A stretch of 64,000 nt of DNA, from positions 21,514,001-21,578,000 of the forward strand of contig NW_026262734.1 of assembly GCF_021869535.1 (NCBI RefSeq), given 5' to 3'. A model generated the notes under the pieces. That model saw only the letters and a list, made by a program, of their open reading frames with translations, did no database searches and was not told where the DNA came from. A program made the translations under genes and the position numbers. How positions within the stretch are numbered: the first letter of the stretch is position 1; each line of letters opens with the position of its first letter. Shown piece after piece: positions 63,651-64,000 of the stretch. Source of the stretch: Mytilus californianus. Taxonomy: Eukaryota.

Positions 63651-63806
63651 TTTTATGCCCCACCTAGGGGCATTATGTTGTTCCCTTTGATATGATCTTT
63701 CTAATTTAATGCCAAATTAGAGTTTTGACCCCAATTTCACGGTCCACTGAACATAGAAAATGATAATGCAAGTGGGGCATCCGTGTACTATGGACACATT
63801 CTTGTT
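63651..63806 (+). mobile_element. Minimal HINE, family 3 (internally deleted)
   Basis: tttatgccccac with inverted ggggcat nearby, 3' subTIR gtggggcat, stem-loop gtgtactatggacac, then attcttgtt. Confidence 0.65.
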
Positions 63807-64000
63807 CTACGTAATTTAAGTTGGATCATCACTATATATATTTCCTCTGGTATAATTTTTTTTATTCTTTGCCAAAATGTAGACTTTTCCATGCTTTTTT
63901 CAAAAATTAATAAAAAGAAAGGGTCACCGTGCTGTTTTTCAAGCTAAAAGTTGTGTAAAATTGCCCAAATTTGCTTAGATTATTCATGAAAAAAAACTTT

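Overview
AT-rich, intron-containing animal genomic DNA. The repeat families look bivalve, probably Mytilus-like (inference). It is not prokaryotic: no operons, rRNA, tRNA genes or CRISPR arrays. I assembled three host genes by hand from splice signals. (1) A 2-exon two-pore-domain K+ channel (+, 5596-9669). (2) A 5-exon CARD + long coiled-coil protein (-, 24076-17029) whose CARD exons are mostly invisible in the ORF track. (3) A UBE3B-type IQ/HECT E3 ligase (+, 27 coding exons from 33196 to 63016, continuing past the window) with a GC-AG first intron. The rest is transposon-derived: an intron-containing PHD-FLYWCH-Mutator element with TIRs and TSD, a second Mutator-like non-autonomous element, Helentron-derived (HINE-like) elements carrying satellite arrays, a Penelope-like RT relic, a hAT relic, MITEs and SINEs. 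The most striking feature is a 36 x 54-bp minisatellite made from the last 48 nt of UBE3B exon 10 plus its GTAAAT splice donor. It gives 36 tandem, in-phase donor sites. Smaller donor-spanning duplications follow exons 7, 16 and 19. All coordinates were counted by hand; repeat boundaries may be off by a few nt, and family assignments rest on recalled motifs, not on database searches.
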